A program made the position numbers and the translations under genes. Under the pieces are notes generated by a model that was not told where the DNA came from, did not search any database, and was given only the letters and a program-made list of their open reading frames with translations. Below are positions 36,982 to 47,193 of a DNA stretch of 64,000 nucleotides, one piece after another (the stretch's first letter is position 1; every line of letters begins with the position of its first letter). Source of the stretch: an uncultured Micavibrio sp. (GTDB taxonomy: Bacteria; Pseudomonadota; Alphaproteobacteria; Micavibrionales; UBA2020); NCBI GenBank assembly GCA_964534445.1, contig CAZHOE010000003.1, forward strand, positions 1,201 through 65,200, in the 5' to 3' direction.

Positions 36982-37862
36982 TATCCGATGATCCCATTGA
37001 CGATCTGCATGTTTTTGAAACGCCCGACGAAGCGTTTCAGTACGTGCGCTATGCCGGCACCTTAGCGGATGCGGAAATCGATCTTGCCGAAACAGCGCTG
37101 GCGCTGGCGCTTTTATTCTTGCCGGGTCTGAAGCCGGATCGCTTTCGCCAGCATCTGCGCCGTATGGCCGAACAACTGGTGGATGAATACCAGCAGCAAC
37201 TGCGCCAGCAAAAGCCTGACAGCCTTGCCACCAAAATCGCCGCGCTGAAAAGAGTGCTGCATGAGACAAATGATTATCATGGCGACCGCGAACGTTACGA
37301 CGATATTCAAAACGCCAATCTGATCCGCGTGATCGAGCGCCGGCAGGGCCTGCCCGTGGCACTCGGCCTGTTGTATGTTATTCTGGCACGCCGCGCCGGT
37401 TGGGCGGCAGACGGGCTGAATTTCCCCGGGCATTTTCTGGTACGGCTGGAAGAGGAAGGGGAGCGCATGATCCTCGACCCCTTTCAGGACGGGCAGGAAA
37501 TGGATGCCGCCGCGTTGCGCCAATTGTTGAAATCCATCATTGGTGAAAAGGCCGAGCTGTCGCACCAGTTTTATCTGCCGGTCAGTAATCGCGACATGTT
37601 GATCCGCTTGCAAAATAATCTCAAAAAGCGGCTGATCGATCAGGAAGAATATGCGCAAGCTGTCCTCGTCGTCGAGGCGATGGAGGCCTTGGCGCCGGAT
37701 GAGTACCGCACCCTTTTCGACAAGGGTGTGCTTTATGCCAAACTGGGGCAGCGGCAGCAGGCGATCCGTGCGTTTGAGGATTATATGCAAAAAACCCCCG
37801 ATGCGCGTGAAAAGCAGCAGGCGCTGGCCCTGTTGCAGCAGATTAAAATGCTACCGGAATAA
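36978..37862 (+). CDS. SirB1/YchA-like transglutaminase-fold plus TPR protein
   Basis: NFPGHFLVRLE core with C-terminal TPR helices (GVLYAKLGQRQQAIRAFEDYM). Confidence 0.6.
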   Translation: MISDDPIDDLHVFETPDEAFQYVRYAGTLADAEIDLAETALALALLFLPGLKPDRFRQHLRRMAEQLVDEYQQQLRQQKPDSLATKIAALKRVLHETNDYHGDRERYDDIQNANLIRVIERRQGLPVALGLLYVILARRAGWAADGLNFPGHFLVRLEEEGERMILDPFQDGQEMDAAALRQLLKSIIGEKAELSHQFYLPVSNRDMLIRLQNNLKKRLIDQEEYAQAVLVVEAMEALAPDEYRTLFDKGVLYAKLGQRQQAIRAFEDYMQKTPDAREKQQALALLQQIKMLPE

Positions 37863-37963
37863 GTCCTTTCCGGTGCTTGTCTGCAATGCGGCTTGCCTTT
37901 GGCGGCAAACAGGGTATCTTTAAAGCGTTGAAATCAATCTTCTTTTGAATCAGGGTTATTCAC

Positions 37964-38383
37964 ATGGGTCTCGTCACGTTATTGCTTCTGGGCGCGTTTA
38001 CGTTGCTTTATCTCAGCAAATCCCTTTCCAAAAAACCGGAAGCCATCGAAAAGGCTGTGAAGTGGCTGCAGGATAACATGCGTTATCTGGCGCTCGGGGG
38101 TGTGATTTACGGCTTTGTCGCTTTCTGTCTGACGCCGATTGCCGGCGCGCTGACGCCGATCGATATGTGCGTGCGTATGTGGGCCAATCTTTTGCTGGTC
38201 GCCATGGCGCTGCCGTACTGCTTTGATGTGCTGGTGTCGAAATACCGCGAGAAAATCAATGCCGCCATTCTCGAAGAAACCCGCGGTGTCGTGACCTGGG
38301 TTGCCACCAATGAAAAAATCTTCGGCTTTGTGGGCGCTGCGACCTGCGGCTTGCTTTTTGTCGCTGTCTTCGGACATATGTAA
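37964..38383 (+). CDS. hypothetical membrane protein (4 TM)
   Basis: Four hydrophobic helices. No family recognised. Confidence 0.5.
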   Translation: MGLVTLLLLGAFTLLYLSKSLSKKPEAIEKAVKWLQDNMRYLALGGVIYGFVAFCLTPIAGALTPIDMCVRMWANLLLVAMALPYCFDVLVSKYREKINAAILEETRGVVTWVATNEKIFGFVGAATCGLLFVAVFGHM

Positions 38384-38398
38384 CCGCGCGAAAAGCGC

Positions 38399-39169
38399 TT
38401 ACAGTATAATCGGCGCGCCTGCAGGGTCAAAATCATCGGCACATTCAAATTTGCCGTTTTTCTCGTATCCCAATTGATTGGAAAGCATTTGCGTGCGCCC
38501 GATTTTCTGCCGGTCGCATTCATGCGTATGGCCGTAATACCAGATATCGGGCTGGTAGTTTTCAATGACGGCCATCATGTTCAGCGAATTGAACGCGGGA
38601 ATCAAGGGACTGCCGTCATGCATGCTCTGCGGATGCAGACAGGGCGCATGGTGTGTAATCACAACGCGCTTGCCCGTCATCGGGGTATCCAGCCACGCAA
38701 TCAGTTCTTGGGCAAAGGCGTTATGCAGCGGCAGCGTATCGGCGGCGCGCAAAATACCGCCGTGATCACCGGTGATCCGCTGGTAGTCATGCATGCGGCT
38801 TTCGGCGGCGGCCATGGCTTCGGTATCCGCGCCGGCAAAATCCGTCCACATCGTACCGCCAAAAAAGTTGATACCGTCAATCGTCACGCTTTCATCGCAT
38901 AGAAAAAGGACGTTCGGGTGATGTGCTGTCAGCCAAGCGGCAAAGGCATCGCGCTCCACCGACATGGGGCGGCCTTCGTAATATTCGTGGTTGCCCGCGA
39001 CGAACAGAATGGGTTTGTCAAACCCCGCAACAAAGCGGCTGAACGGCGCAGGGTCGCACATATTCAAAATGTCGCCCGCCAAAATCATTATATCCGCATC
39101 TGTATCGGCGGGCGCCGTCAGGCCCTTTTCGATTTCGAGATGGATGTCGCTATAGCAGATGATTTTCAT
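38399..39169 (-). CDS. calcineurin-like metallophosphoesterase
   Basis: Motifs YSDIHLE, LAGDI, AGNHEYY, GHTH. Confidence 0.8.
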   Translation of the reverse strand: MKIICYSDIHLEIEKGLTAPADTDADIMILAGDILNMCDPAPFSRFVAGFDKPILFVAGNHEYYEGRPMSVERDAFAAWLTAHHPNVLFLCDESVTIDGINFFGGTMWTDFAGADTEAMAAAESRMHDYQRITGDHGGILRAADTLPLHNAFAQELIAWLDTPMTGKRVVITHHAPCLHPQSMHDGSPLIPAFNSLNMMAVIENYQPDIWYYGHTHECDRQKIGRTQMLSNQLGYEKNGKFECADDFDPAGAPIIL

Positions 39170-39427
39170 GGGCTGAATCCTGTAAGTCTAAGACGGCTAT
39201 AGTTTTAGCACGAAGCATGGTTTGAAAAAAACGTTCAAGGGCGAAGGCAACTGTATTTCGAGTGACTATATTTTTTCATAATTTTACAGTGCGGAGGCGT
39301 GTTTCGCCTGCGTCAAGGATTGAAAAGGAGATTACCTTGCTATAACAATAATCTAGGCAATGCGTTTCAGCGGCATTCGTTTGCATATGTCGATGAAATC
39401 AGCCCGCAAACAAAATTAAGGCGCGCC

Positions 39428-40234
39428 ATGGCACAAAGAGTAGAAAAATTTTCATCGGGCAGGTTCGCGGGCGCGCTCTTTTTATTGCGAGATGTCATTT
39501 TGAGGATGCTGCCCTTGCGACGCAGGACGCATATTCTGATTGCCTGCCTGCCAAAATCAGGTTCAACTTTTTTAGCGGAAGCGATGGGCGCCTTGCCGGG
39601 TTTGCGACGTTTTCGTCTCACCCCTGCTTGGGGTGCGCGGGAACAGGAGTTATGCCAGATCAGATTGTCTCGCGCCAACCATATCGACTATGTAGCCCAG
39701 CACCATCTATGCAATAGCGAATGGACGCAGCAGTTAGTCGCCAATTACAATGTGGCGACAGTCGTATTGTTACGCAACTTGTCGGATTGTGTTGTCAGTA
39801 TATGCGATCACCTGCGGAGAGAGCCGCAACGCTCTCCAATGTCATACTTCACCCCCGAGCAGGTCTCTGCCTTGACGGACGAGCAGCTTCAGGAGGCGGT
39901 CGTCCGATTTGTCATGCCTTGGTACATCAATTTCTGCATGGGATGGCTTCGCGAAACAGGTGTGTTATTTGTGAGTTATGAGGACGTGGCAAATAACCCT
40001 GCTGTAGCGATCTCTGAAATCCTTAAATATGCCCGGGCGCCGTACACGACAGAAGGTATTGAAGCTGCCTTGCAGAAAGTGCAAGAAAAACGAACGCGCT
40101 TTAATGTCGGTGTTGTCGGTCGCGGCCGCGGTTTATGTCCTGCCGCTGCAAAGGAGATGGGCCGCATGCTGGATTTCTATCCGGAAATCAAAAACGATAG
40201 CCGTCTTGTGAGGCCAGATGATTTTCGTTTATAG
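39428..40234 (+). CDS. sulfotransferase-family protein
   Basis: 5'-PSB loop CLPKSGSTFLAEA and a 3'-PB-like LLRNLSDCVVS. The ATG at 39428 is preferred. Confidence 0.65.
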   Translation: MAQRVEKFSSGRFAGALFLLRDVILRMLPLRRRTHILIACLPKSGSTFLAEAMGALPGLRRFRLTPAWGAREQELCQIRLSRANHIDYVAQHHLCNSEWTQQLVANYNVATVVLLRNLSDCVVSICDHLRREPQRSPMSYFTPEQVSALTDEQLQEAVVRFVMPWYINFCMGWLRETGVLFVSYEDVANNPAVAISEILKYARAPYTTEGIEAALQKVQEKRTRFNVGVVGRGRGLCPAAAKEMGRMLDFYPEIKNDSRLVRPDDFRL

Positions 40235-40296
40235 CTTTGAGACTTCTTATATTTGAAGCCGCGCCCCATGTTTGTCGCATGATAATCTCTACCGGG

Positions 40297-41589
40297 TCAG
40301 CTTGCGATTTTATCTGAGTTCGATTTTTTAGACAGTTTTCCGATGCGGCATTTCATACCGGCAGCATGGCGTATTTGTAAAAGTAAGGCTGCCAAGACAT
40401 TTTTTTGAGGCATATAGCCGGCGCCCGTGACAGCATCTATCCATTGGCGCGCATCTTCAATCGTCGGCAAGTCAGGACGAAGCCCGCGCATTTTTTTTTG
40501 CGCGCGGGAATCTGCGCGAGAGCTTTCTGCGGGTGTTGCCGTGTTATCAGGTTCCTGCACTTCCCCAGCCGATTGGGGCGCCGGCAGGCTTTGTGAGGGG
40601 GCCTTATAATCGGGATCTGCTTCTTCAAATAAAGTATAGAGCATGCGGGTTTGCTCTAAGCGCAGTTCGGGTGCTAGGTTTTTGCTTTCTGCCAAGAGTA
40701 CGTTTCGCCATGCTGCGTGGTCGATATCCAGAGAGTTGTCTGCGATACGGTTATTGACCCGGATAAGACAGGCATACACATAAGCGGGGATGGATCTCAG
40801 CCGTAGATCCGTTTCGGGCAAGATGCTATCGCTTGCGGCCAGTGAGACAAAACTTTGATTAATCGCCTGCTGCTCCCGCGTGCGCTTCTGCGCCGCCGCG
40901 GCTGCTGCTCCGTTGCTTTTAGGGCTTTCTCCGCCAATTGAAACAGGGTTGCGGATCCATAAAAAGCTTTCTGCAACCACAAGGTTCGCAAGCGCGGTGT
41001 AAACATCCGGGATATGGCCTAAAAAGTAACCTCCCGATTTCTGTTTGATTTTTTCTACAATATGCCGTGCCACCGCGCCGTGATAAATATGTGCAGCGTC
41101 GCGAAAGCTGGTTAGCTTCGCCTGACAAAATTCTTCAAGTACCTTACTAGGGGCGCGGGAATAAATCGGCCCAAAAAAATCTCTGTACCGGAATTTTAAA
41201 ATACTGTCCCGGGATTCGTTTGGCCACTTGTAGGTAATATGGCGCCAATTGACAATATCGGGGCGATATTTCTCCAGAACCTTCCGTAAGGTGACAAGCC
41301 CGTTTTTCAGGATACCGTCGTCGTCGCCGATAAAAAATATGTAGTCACCGCTTGCTTTGGAGAGAGCGAATTCAAAATTCTGCCGCATGCTCAAATCCGC
41401 ACCCGTGTGGTAATAATGCAGTCGCGGGTCAGAAAATAAAGTGGGAATGATGTGCGTGTCATCCGTGCTGTTATTATCGCTAACAATGACTTCTATATGC
41501 GGATCATTCGTGCTCAAACACGTTTCAATACAATGTTTAAGGTAGATCGCTCTGTTTCTTGTCGGAATAACAATGCTGATTTTTAACAT
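40297..41589 (-). CDS. family-2 glycosyltransferase with a long low-complexity C-terminal extension
   Basis: ISIVIPTRNR, VSDNNSTDDT, FIGDDDG (DxD motif). Confidence 0.8.
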   Translation of the reverse strand: MLKISIVIPTRNRAIYLKHCIETCLSTNDPHIEVIVSDNNSTDDTHIIPTLFSDPRLHYYHTGADLSMRQNFEFALSKASGDYIFFIGDDDGILKNGLVTLRKVLEKYRPDIVNWRHITYKWPNESRDSILKFRYRDFFGPIYSRAPSKVLEEFCQAKLTSFRDAAHIYHGAVARHIVEKIKQKSGGYFLGHIPDVYTALANLVVAESFLWIRNPVSIGGESPKSNGAAAAAAQKRTREQQAINQSFVSLAASDSILPETDLRLRSIPAYVYACLIRVNNRIADNSLDIDHAAWRNVLLAESKNLAPELRLEQTRMLYTLFEEADPDYKAPSQSLPAPQSAGEVQEPDNTATPAESSRADSRAQKKMRGLRPDLPTIEDARQWIDAVTGAGYMPQKNVLAALLLQIRHAAGMKCRIGKLSKKSNSDKIAS

Positions 41590-41796
41590 CGGGTCTGCAA
41601 TCCAGATATACGTAACGGTTGCGCGGCGTGAATTTTGAGAACGATAGCGGATAAAGCATAGGGCGACAATAGAGGAGGGGGGGTAAGATATACTATTATG
41701 ATAAATATCCCCCTCTCTTTACAAATGCAAATCGAAAAGCCTATGCTGAGCTTCGATGTTCAACTTTTCCGATATACTGCGTTAGGTCTTAAAAAA

Positions 41797-42639
41797 ATGA
41801 ACGTGCCACATATATTTGTCATTAACTTGGCACGTTCCACAGACCGGCGCGCGCGGATGGAAGCCCAGTTCGAAAAACTGGGTATAAGCGATTACACCAT
41901 CTGGCCCGCTGTAGAAGGCGCAAGTCTTTCTTTGGAAACATGTTCGGCCTATGACGGGAAAACGCGCCGGCTTTTTTTTGGGCGGGATCTGACGGCCAGC
42001 GAGGTGGGCTGCCTGCTTTCCCATCGCAGCGTTTATGAGCATATGGCAGCACAGGGGATAGACAAGGCGATTGTTCTAGAAGACGACTGCGTTTTGTCGG
42101 CGGATTTTACACAGGTCATTTCTGCCGTGCTGGATCTGCCCGTCGCATGGGATATCGTGCGGTTCATCAGCCGGCAAAAGGTGGATAAACAAAGCATCTC
42201 TATTGCGCGCTTTTTCAAAAACTATGCCTTTACGCGTGTGCGCGGGTATCCGGGCGGGGCTTATGCATACCTGCTGTCCAATACAGGCGCCAAAAAACTC
42301 CTGCGCAAAATGCAAAAAAACTGGGTGCCCGTCGATACGCTGCACGGGCAGGTGCTGCGTACCGGTCTCAGGGCTTTTGGCGTATTGCCGTCGCCTGTTT
42401 CCCATTATGAAGGCGAGGATAGCCCCTCTTTAGTCGGGCACCAGCGGTTTGACAAAACGCCTATCCTTTTCGGGAATGAGAAGTATCTCTATCCGCTCAC
42501 AAGGTTCTTGTATAAAACGTCAGAGATTTTTCTGAAGCGCCTACCCGTGCTTTGGTGGTCGGTTTCCGATCTTTCGGTACGGCGCAAAATTGACCGTTTT
42601 TTGGCAGGCCCCGTCCCGGATGCTGCTGGGCGAGAGTAA
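41797..42639 (+). CDS. family-25 glycosyltransferase (LOS/LPS type)
   Basis: IFVINLARSTDRRARM, CLLSHRSVYE, VLEDDCVL. Start at the ATG at 41797. Confidence 0.75.
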   Translation: MNVPHIFVINLARSTDRRARMEAQFEKLGISDYTIWPAVEGASLSLETCSAYDGKTRRLFFGRDLTASEVGCLLSHRSVYEHMAAQGIDKAIVLEDDCVLSADFTQVISAVLDLPVAWDIVRFISRQKVDKQSISIARFFKNYAFTRVRGYPGGAYAYLLSNTGAKKLLRKMQKNWVPVDTLHGQVLRTGLRAFGVLPSPVSHYEGEDSPSLVGHQRFDKTPILFGNEKYLYPLTRFLYKTSEIFLKRLPVLWWSVSDLSVRRKIDRFLAGPVPDAAGRE

Positions 42640-42710
42640 AATTTCTATAAAATCAAAGATATACGCAACGTGTCCGGCATCTTTGGCAGCGGGCGCGTGT
42701 ATGCCTGCCC

Positions 42711-42739
42711 TTGAAAAAAGAACTTTTTTTTCCTATAAA
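42711..42739 (+). promoter_or_regulatory. sigma70-like promoter upstream of ettA
   Basis: TTGAAA-17 nt-TATAAA, about 85 nt upstream of the ettA ATG. Confidence 0.45.
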
Positions 42740-42822
42740 GGGCAAAGAACGCAGTACAAAAAATAGTTTTTTCACATCGCGCGGCGGATGTGCGCACAGG
42801 CAATACAAGGAAAACCAGTTCA

Positions 42823-44505
42823 ATGGCCTCTTATCAATACGTTTATGTCATGAAGGCGCTGTCCAAAACCTTCCCTGGCGGGAAAAAGGTTCTGGATAAT
42901 ATTTTCCTGAGCTTTTTGCCCGGCGTTAAAATCGGCGTACTGGGGCCAAACGGGTCGGGTAAATCCACCTTGCTGAAAATCATGGCTGGCATTGAAAAGG
43001 ATTTTCAGGGCGAGGCCTGGTCTGCCGAAGGCGCGCGCGTTGGCTACCTGCCGCAGGAACCGCAGCTTGATCCCACCAAAACCGTCATGGAAAACGTCAT
43101 GGAAGCGCTGCGCGATATCAAAGCCGCGCGCGATGAATACGATGCGATCAGCGCAAAGTTTGCCGAACCAGATGCCGATTTCGATGCGCTGATGGCGCGT
43201 CAGGGCGAATTGCAGGAAATCATTGAAAACGCGGATGGCTGGAATATGGAGCGCACGCTGGAAATTGCGCTGGATGCGCTGCGTTGCCCGCCCGGAGATT
43301 CGCCCGTGGCGAATTTGTCGGGGGGTGAAAAGCGCCGCGTGGCCCTGTGCCGCCTGCTGCTGGAAAAACCCGATTTGTTGCTGCTCGACGAGCCGACGAA
43401 CCACCTGGATGCGGAATCGGTGGCTTGGTTGCAGCGCCACCTGACCGATTACAAGGGCACGGTCGTCATGGTCACGCACGATCGCTACTTCCTTGATAAC
43501 GTCACGGGCTGGATTTTGGAACTCGACCGCGGCAGCGGCATTCCGTACGAGGGCAACTATTCCGAATATCTTGCTAATAAATCCAAACGTCTGGAACAGG
43601 AAGGCCGCGAGCAGGAAGCCCGCCAGAAATCACTGGCGCGCGAGCTGGAGTGGGTGCGCCAATCGCCCAAGGCACGGCAGGCCAAATCCAAAGCACGTAT
43701 TACCTCTTATGAGGATTTGCTGGCCGAAAGCCAAAAATTCGAAAAGACCCGCACGGCGCAGATCGTTATTCCGGTGCCGCCGCGCCTTGGCCAGAACGTT
43801 GTCGAATTTGAAAACGTTTCCAAGGGATATGGCGATCGCCTGCTGATCGAAAACCTGACGTTCAAACTCCCGCCGGGCGGTATCGTCGGCGTGATCGGCC
43901 CGAACGGCGCGGGGAAGACGACGCTGTTCCGTATGATTTCCGGCGAAGAGCAGCCCGACGAAGGCACACTGACTGTCGGAGACAGCGTTGAAATGGGCTA
44001 CGTCAACCAAAGCCGTGATGCCTTGGTCGATAGCCATACGGTCTGGGAAGAAATTTCCGACAAAAACGATATTCTCGTGCTGGGCAAACGCGAAATGCCG
44101 AGCCGTGCCTATGTCGGCTCCTTCGGGTTCCGCGGGCCCGATCAGCAAAAGAAAGTCGGTATTCTCTCGGGCGGGGAGCGTAACCGCGTACACCTTGCCA
44201 AGATGCTGAAAAAGCCGTCGAACCTTTTGATGCTTGACGAACCGACCAACGATCTGGACACAGAAACACTGGGCGCGCTTGAAGATGCGCTGGAGAACTA
44301 TGCCGGTTGCGCGGTGGTCATTTCGCACGACCGCTGGTTCCTTGACCGTCTGGCCACGCATATTCTGGCCTTTGAAGGTAACAGTCAGGTTGTGTTCTTT
44401 GAAGGCAACTATGAAGACTACGAAAAAGATCGAAAAAAACGTCTGGGCGAAGATGCGGATCAGCCGCACCGCATCAAATACAAACCTCTGCGCCGCGCTT
44501 CCTAA
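42823..44505 (+). CDS. ettA: energy-dependent translational throttle protein EttA (ABC-F)
   Basis: Two ABC cassettes (GPNGSGKST/LSGGEKRR and GPNGAGKTT/LSGGERNR). N-terminus YVYVMKALSKTFPGGKKVL is typical of EttA. Confidence 0.9.
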   Translation: MASYQYVYVMKALSKTFPGGKKVLDNIFLSFLPGVKIGVLGPNGSGKSTLLKIMAGIEKDFQGEAWSAEGARVGYLPQEPQLDPTKTVMENVMEALRDIKAARDEYDAISAKFAEPDADFDALMARQGELQEIIENADGWNMERTLEIALDALRCPPGDSPVANLSGGEKRRVALCRLLLEKPDLLLLDEPTNHLDAESVAWLQRHLTDYKGTVVMVTHDRYFLDNVTGWILELDRGSGIPYEGNYSEYLANKSKRLEQEGREQEARQKSLARELEWVRQSPKARQAKSKARITSYEDLLAESQKFEKTRTAQIVIPVPPRLGQNVVEFENVSKGYGDRLLIENLTFKLPPGGIVGVIGPNGAGKTTLFRMISGEEQPDEGTLTVGDSVEMGYVNQSRDALVDSHTVWEEISDKNDILVLGKREMPSRAYVGSFGFRGPDQQKKVGILSGGERNRVHLAKMLKKPSNLLMLDEPTNDLDTETLGALEDALENYAGCAVVISHDRWFLDRLATHILAFEGNSQVVFFEGNYEDYEKDRKKRLGEDADQPHRIKYKPLRRAS

Positions 44506-44526
44506 GCCGCGCCGTACAGGCACAAC

Positions 44527-44561
44527 AAAAAAGCCCCCGAATTATTTCCGGGGGCTTTTTT
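44527..44561. terminator. bidirectional rho-independent terminator between ettA and mlaC
   Basis: AGCCCCCG/CGGGGGCT stem flanked by an A6 run and a T6 run. Confidence 0.75.
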
Positions 44562-44578
44562 GCTGGAATGAAAACCGT

Positions 44579-45202
44579 TTATTTGCTGAGTGTGACCTGA
44601 TGCCTGCGCATACTTTCCAGCAAGGCTTCGACCTTGCCGCCGCCGCTCTGGATCACGGAATCAAAATCCGCGCGCTGTGTGACGCTCATGCTCACGTTTT
44701 CGATCAGCACATCAATGACTTTCGGGGTGCCGCCGAAGCTGCGCACGCGCCATTCGACTTTTACGGGCGGCCCGTCCTTTTGCAAGACCTGGCTTTGCAC
44801 CACATAATCCTTGCTTTTGCTGCTGGCAGGGTTACTGCCTATCGCCTTGAATTGCTGGCCGGCATATTCTTCAAAACGTTGGGTATAGGTTGTGACGATC
44901 ATTTCTTCGAACAGGTCAAGATATTCGGCGCGCTGTTTTTCCGTTGCGGCGCGCCAGTGACGACCCAGTACGAATTGACCAATTGTTTTAATATCAAAGT
45001 TCTGGCGCAGGATGTTGCGGACGCGTTTCTTGCGCTCGGCACTGGAAATCTCTTTGCCGGTCAGCTGTATCAGTGCCTGATCGCCCATTTTCTGAACAAA
45101 GCCGACATAGGTATCACCGGCCATGGCGGCGATCGGCGCCAGCGCTATAAAGGCCAGCATCGCCATGATTAAAAAACGTCGCGTCGCCGTTACACCCTGC
45201 AT
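44579..45202 (-). CDS. mlaC: phospholipid-binding periplasmic protein MlaC (Ttg2D family)
   Basis: Signal peptide. ILRQNFDIKTIGQFVLGRHWR is typical of MlaC. Adjacent to mlaA. Confidence 0.8.
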   Translation of the reverse strand: MQGVTATRRFLIMAMLAFIALAPIAAMAGDTYVGFVQKMGDQALIQLTGKEISSAERKKRVRNILRQNFDIKTIGQFVLGRHWRAATEKQRAEYLDLFEEMIVTTYTQRFEEYAGQQFKAIGSNPASSKSKDYVVQSQVLQKDGPPVKVEWRVRSFGGTPKVIDVLIENVSMSVTQRADFDSVIQSGGGKVEALLESMRRHQVTLSK

Positions 45203-45229
45203 TTTTCTTCCTTTCAAAAGGCGGCGGAA

Positions 45230-46033
45230 TTATTCCCAGCCGGTTTCGTAATAATCGAACTCGCTATACTGCTCGGTCGCCATAGGCGGCTTGTTCGGCT
45301 TCTGATCGCGGATCAGCGCACGGCGGTTCTGCGTATAGGCGCTGCGTACCGCGGCATAGTAATCCAGACTGTTGCGGCGCAAATCGTCTACAGCACGTAT
45401 GATGCGCGCACGATTGTCCACGGCTTCGACCAATCCGCGCGTGTAGTAAATCCACTCTTCATCCCGGTTAAACGCATACAGGCGTACCGGATCAGCAAAC
45501 GCATCAACAAACGCACCCGTTCCATCGCGCAGCGTGGTGGGGCCTAAAAGCGGCAGAACGAGGTAGAAACCGTCGCCCAGACCCCAGACGGCCAGCGTTT
45601 GGCCGAAATCTTCCGGTTGATATTCAAGGCCTTGCGCAGCGGCAACATCGATCAGGCCGGCGATACCCGCCGTGGTGTTGATGGCAAAGCGGGCGGTGGC
45701 TACGCCGGCGCCTTTGAAGTCGCCTTGCAGCACATTGTTACCAACAATCAGCGGCGCGCGCAGGTTGCGCATGAAGTTTTGGACGCCGTCGCGGAAGAAA
45801 TCCGGGAAAATGGCGTTGTAAATTTTGGCGACAGGCTCGACCAGAAAACGATCCAGCGTGTTGTTAAAGGCGAAAACACCCCGGTTGAGCGGCTCCAGCG
45901 GGTCGCTGATCGGCGCATTCGTCTGAAAGTCGCGCTTGGTAGAGGCGCAACCTGTCATCCCCAGCACTAAAAAGCTGCAAAGGCCGATCATCATAAATTT
46001 CTGGATAAGAGTGCCGGAGAGAGAGAGGGACAT
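45230..46033 (-). CDS. mlaA: MlaA/VacJ-family outer-membrane lipoprotein
   Basis: Lipobox GMTGC. DPLEPLNRGVFAFNNTLD. Start uncertain (46033 or 46060). Confidence 0.82.
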   Translation of the reverse strand: MSLSLSGTLIQKFMMIGLCSFLVLGMTGCASTKRDFQTNAPISDPLEPLNRGVFAFNNTLDRFLVEPVAKIYNAIFPDFFRDGVQNFMRNLRAPLIVGNNVLQGDFKGAGVATARFAINTTAGIAGLIDVAAAQGLEYQPEDFGQTLAVWGLGDGFYLVLPLLGPTTLRDGTGAFVDAFADPVRLYAFNRDEEWIYYTRGLVEAVDNRARIIRAVDDLRRNSLDYYAAVRSAYTQNRRALIRDQKPNKPPMATEQYSEFDYYETGWE

Positions 46034-46098
46034 GGAATTCCGCCTGAAAGGTGTCGTCAATTTACTTTAACTGTATATAATTACTCAATTCTTAATCC

Positions 46099-47193
46099 CT
46101 AGCCGTCTTCCATATGCAATAAAGCCGTTGTGCCGAGAAGCAGGCTGACCAGCGCGGGAGTCCAGGCAGCCAGAGACACAGGAATTTTTTGCGAAATGCC
46201 GAAAGCCTGAAGAATTGATTCCATGAAGAATATAGAGAATCCAACGGCTACGCCAAGGGTTATCATCAATGCCGTACCCCCGATTCTTTGCGGGCGTAGC
46301 GAAAATGTCGCAGCCAGCAAGATCATGGCCGCCAAAAGGAAAGGCTGGGCCAGCAAAGACTGAAAATGGATGGCCAAACGGGTCCCGGGAAAGCCGGTTT
46401 CTGTCATAATCCGGAGATATTCGGGAATTTGCCAAAAAGAGATAGTTTCGGGATCCGCAAATGATTCTTCGATTTTTTCCGCTGTCAGCTCCGTCGGCAA
46501 GGACAGGCGCGGTAGCTGTTCGGCACCGTCAGGCGTATTGATGAGTACATTTTGCATATCCCAGAAGCCGTCCTTGAGCAAAACGTTCGGGCTGTCGATG
46601 CGTCTTTGGAAGGTATCTGCGCGGTCAAAAAAAAGGACGATCACATTGCCCAGCCGCCATTCCTTTTGTTCGAAGTTTTCGGCATGCAAAAGGGCATAGC
46701 CGTTGTCTTCTGCTGGCTGGCGCAGCCAGATACCGGTGCGCGAGACGGTCACAAGGTTGTCGGTTTTTTGCAAATGCACGATTTCCATTTGTGCATATTT
46801 GCTCAGCATAATGGATCCAACGGGGTTGACGGCCATCGTGGTTAAAAGACCGATCCCGAAAGCGCAGACAATCATCGGGGTCAAAAACTGCCAGGCAGAA
46901 AGCCCTGCCGCGCGGATCACGACCAGCTCGGATGTTTTATTGAGTTTCCAGCAGGTATAAATCGCGGCAAAAAGAACGGCAAAGGGGATAATTTTTTGGC
47001 CGACTTGCGGCAGCTTCATCGCGGCCATGCGCAGAACGAGCCCGAAGGGTACGTTTTGGCGCTCCGCGGCGCGGCGTAGCAGTTCAATGCTGTCAAACAC
47101 ATAAACAAGGCCGAGCAAAATCAGCGTCAGTCCCAAAAAATTGAACAAAAAATGACGAGAGATATATCGGAACAATGTGCCGGTGGCCGTCAT
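46099..47193 (-). CDS. lptG: LPS export ABC permease LptG
   Basis: YjgP/YjgQ permease family (LFRYISRHFLFNF). ATGA overlap with the lptF stop. Confidence 0.85.
   Translation of the reverse strand: MTATGTLFRYISRHFLFNFLGLTLILLGLVYVFDSIELLRRAAERQNVPFGLVLRMAAMKLPQVGQKIIPFAVLFAAIYTCWKLNKTSELVVIRAAGLSAWQFLTPMIVCAFGIGLLTTMAVNPVGSIMLSKYAQMEIVHLQKTDNLVTVSRTGIWLRQPAEDNGYALLHAENFEQKEWRLGNVIVLFFDRADTFQRRIDSPNVLLKDGFWDMQNVLINTPDGAEQLPRLSLPTELTAEKIEESFADPETISFWQIPEYLRIMTETGFPGTRLAIHFQSLLAQPFLLAAMILLAATFSLRPQRIGGTALMITLGVAVGFSIFFMESILQAFGISQKIPVSLAAWTPALVSLLLGTTALLHMEDG

Noticed and set aside
36283-37362. 359-aa minus-strand ORF
   Set aside because: Antisense to the BON-domain and SirB1-like genes. Arg-rich shadow frame.
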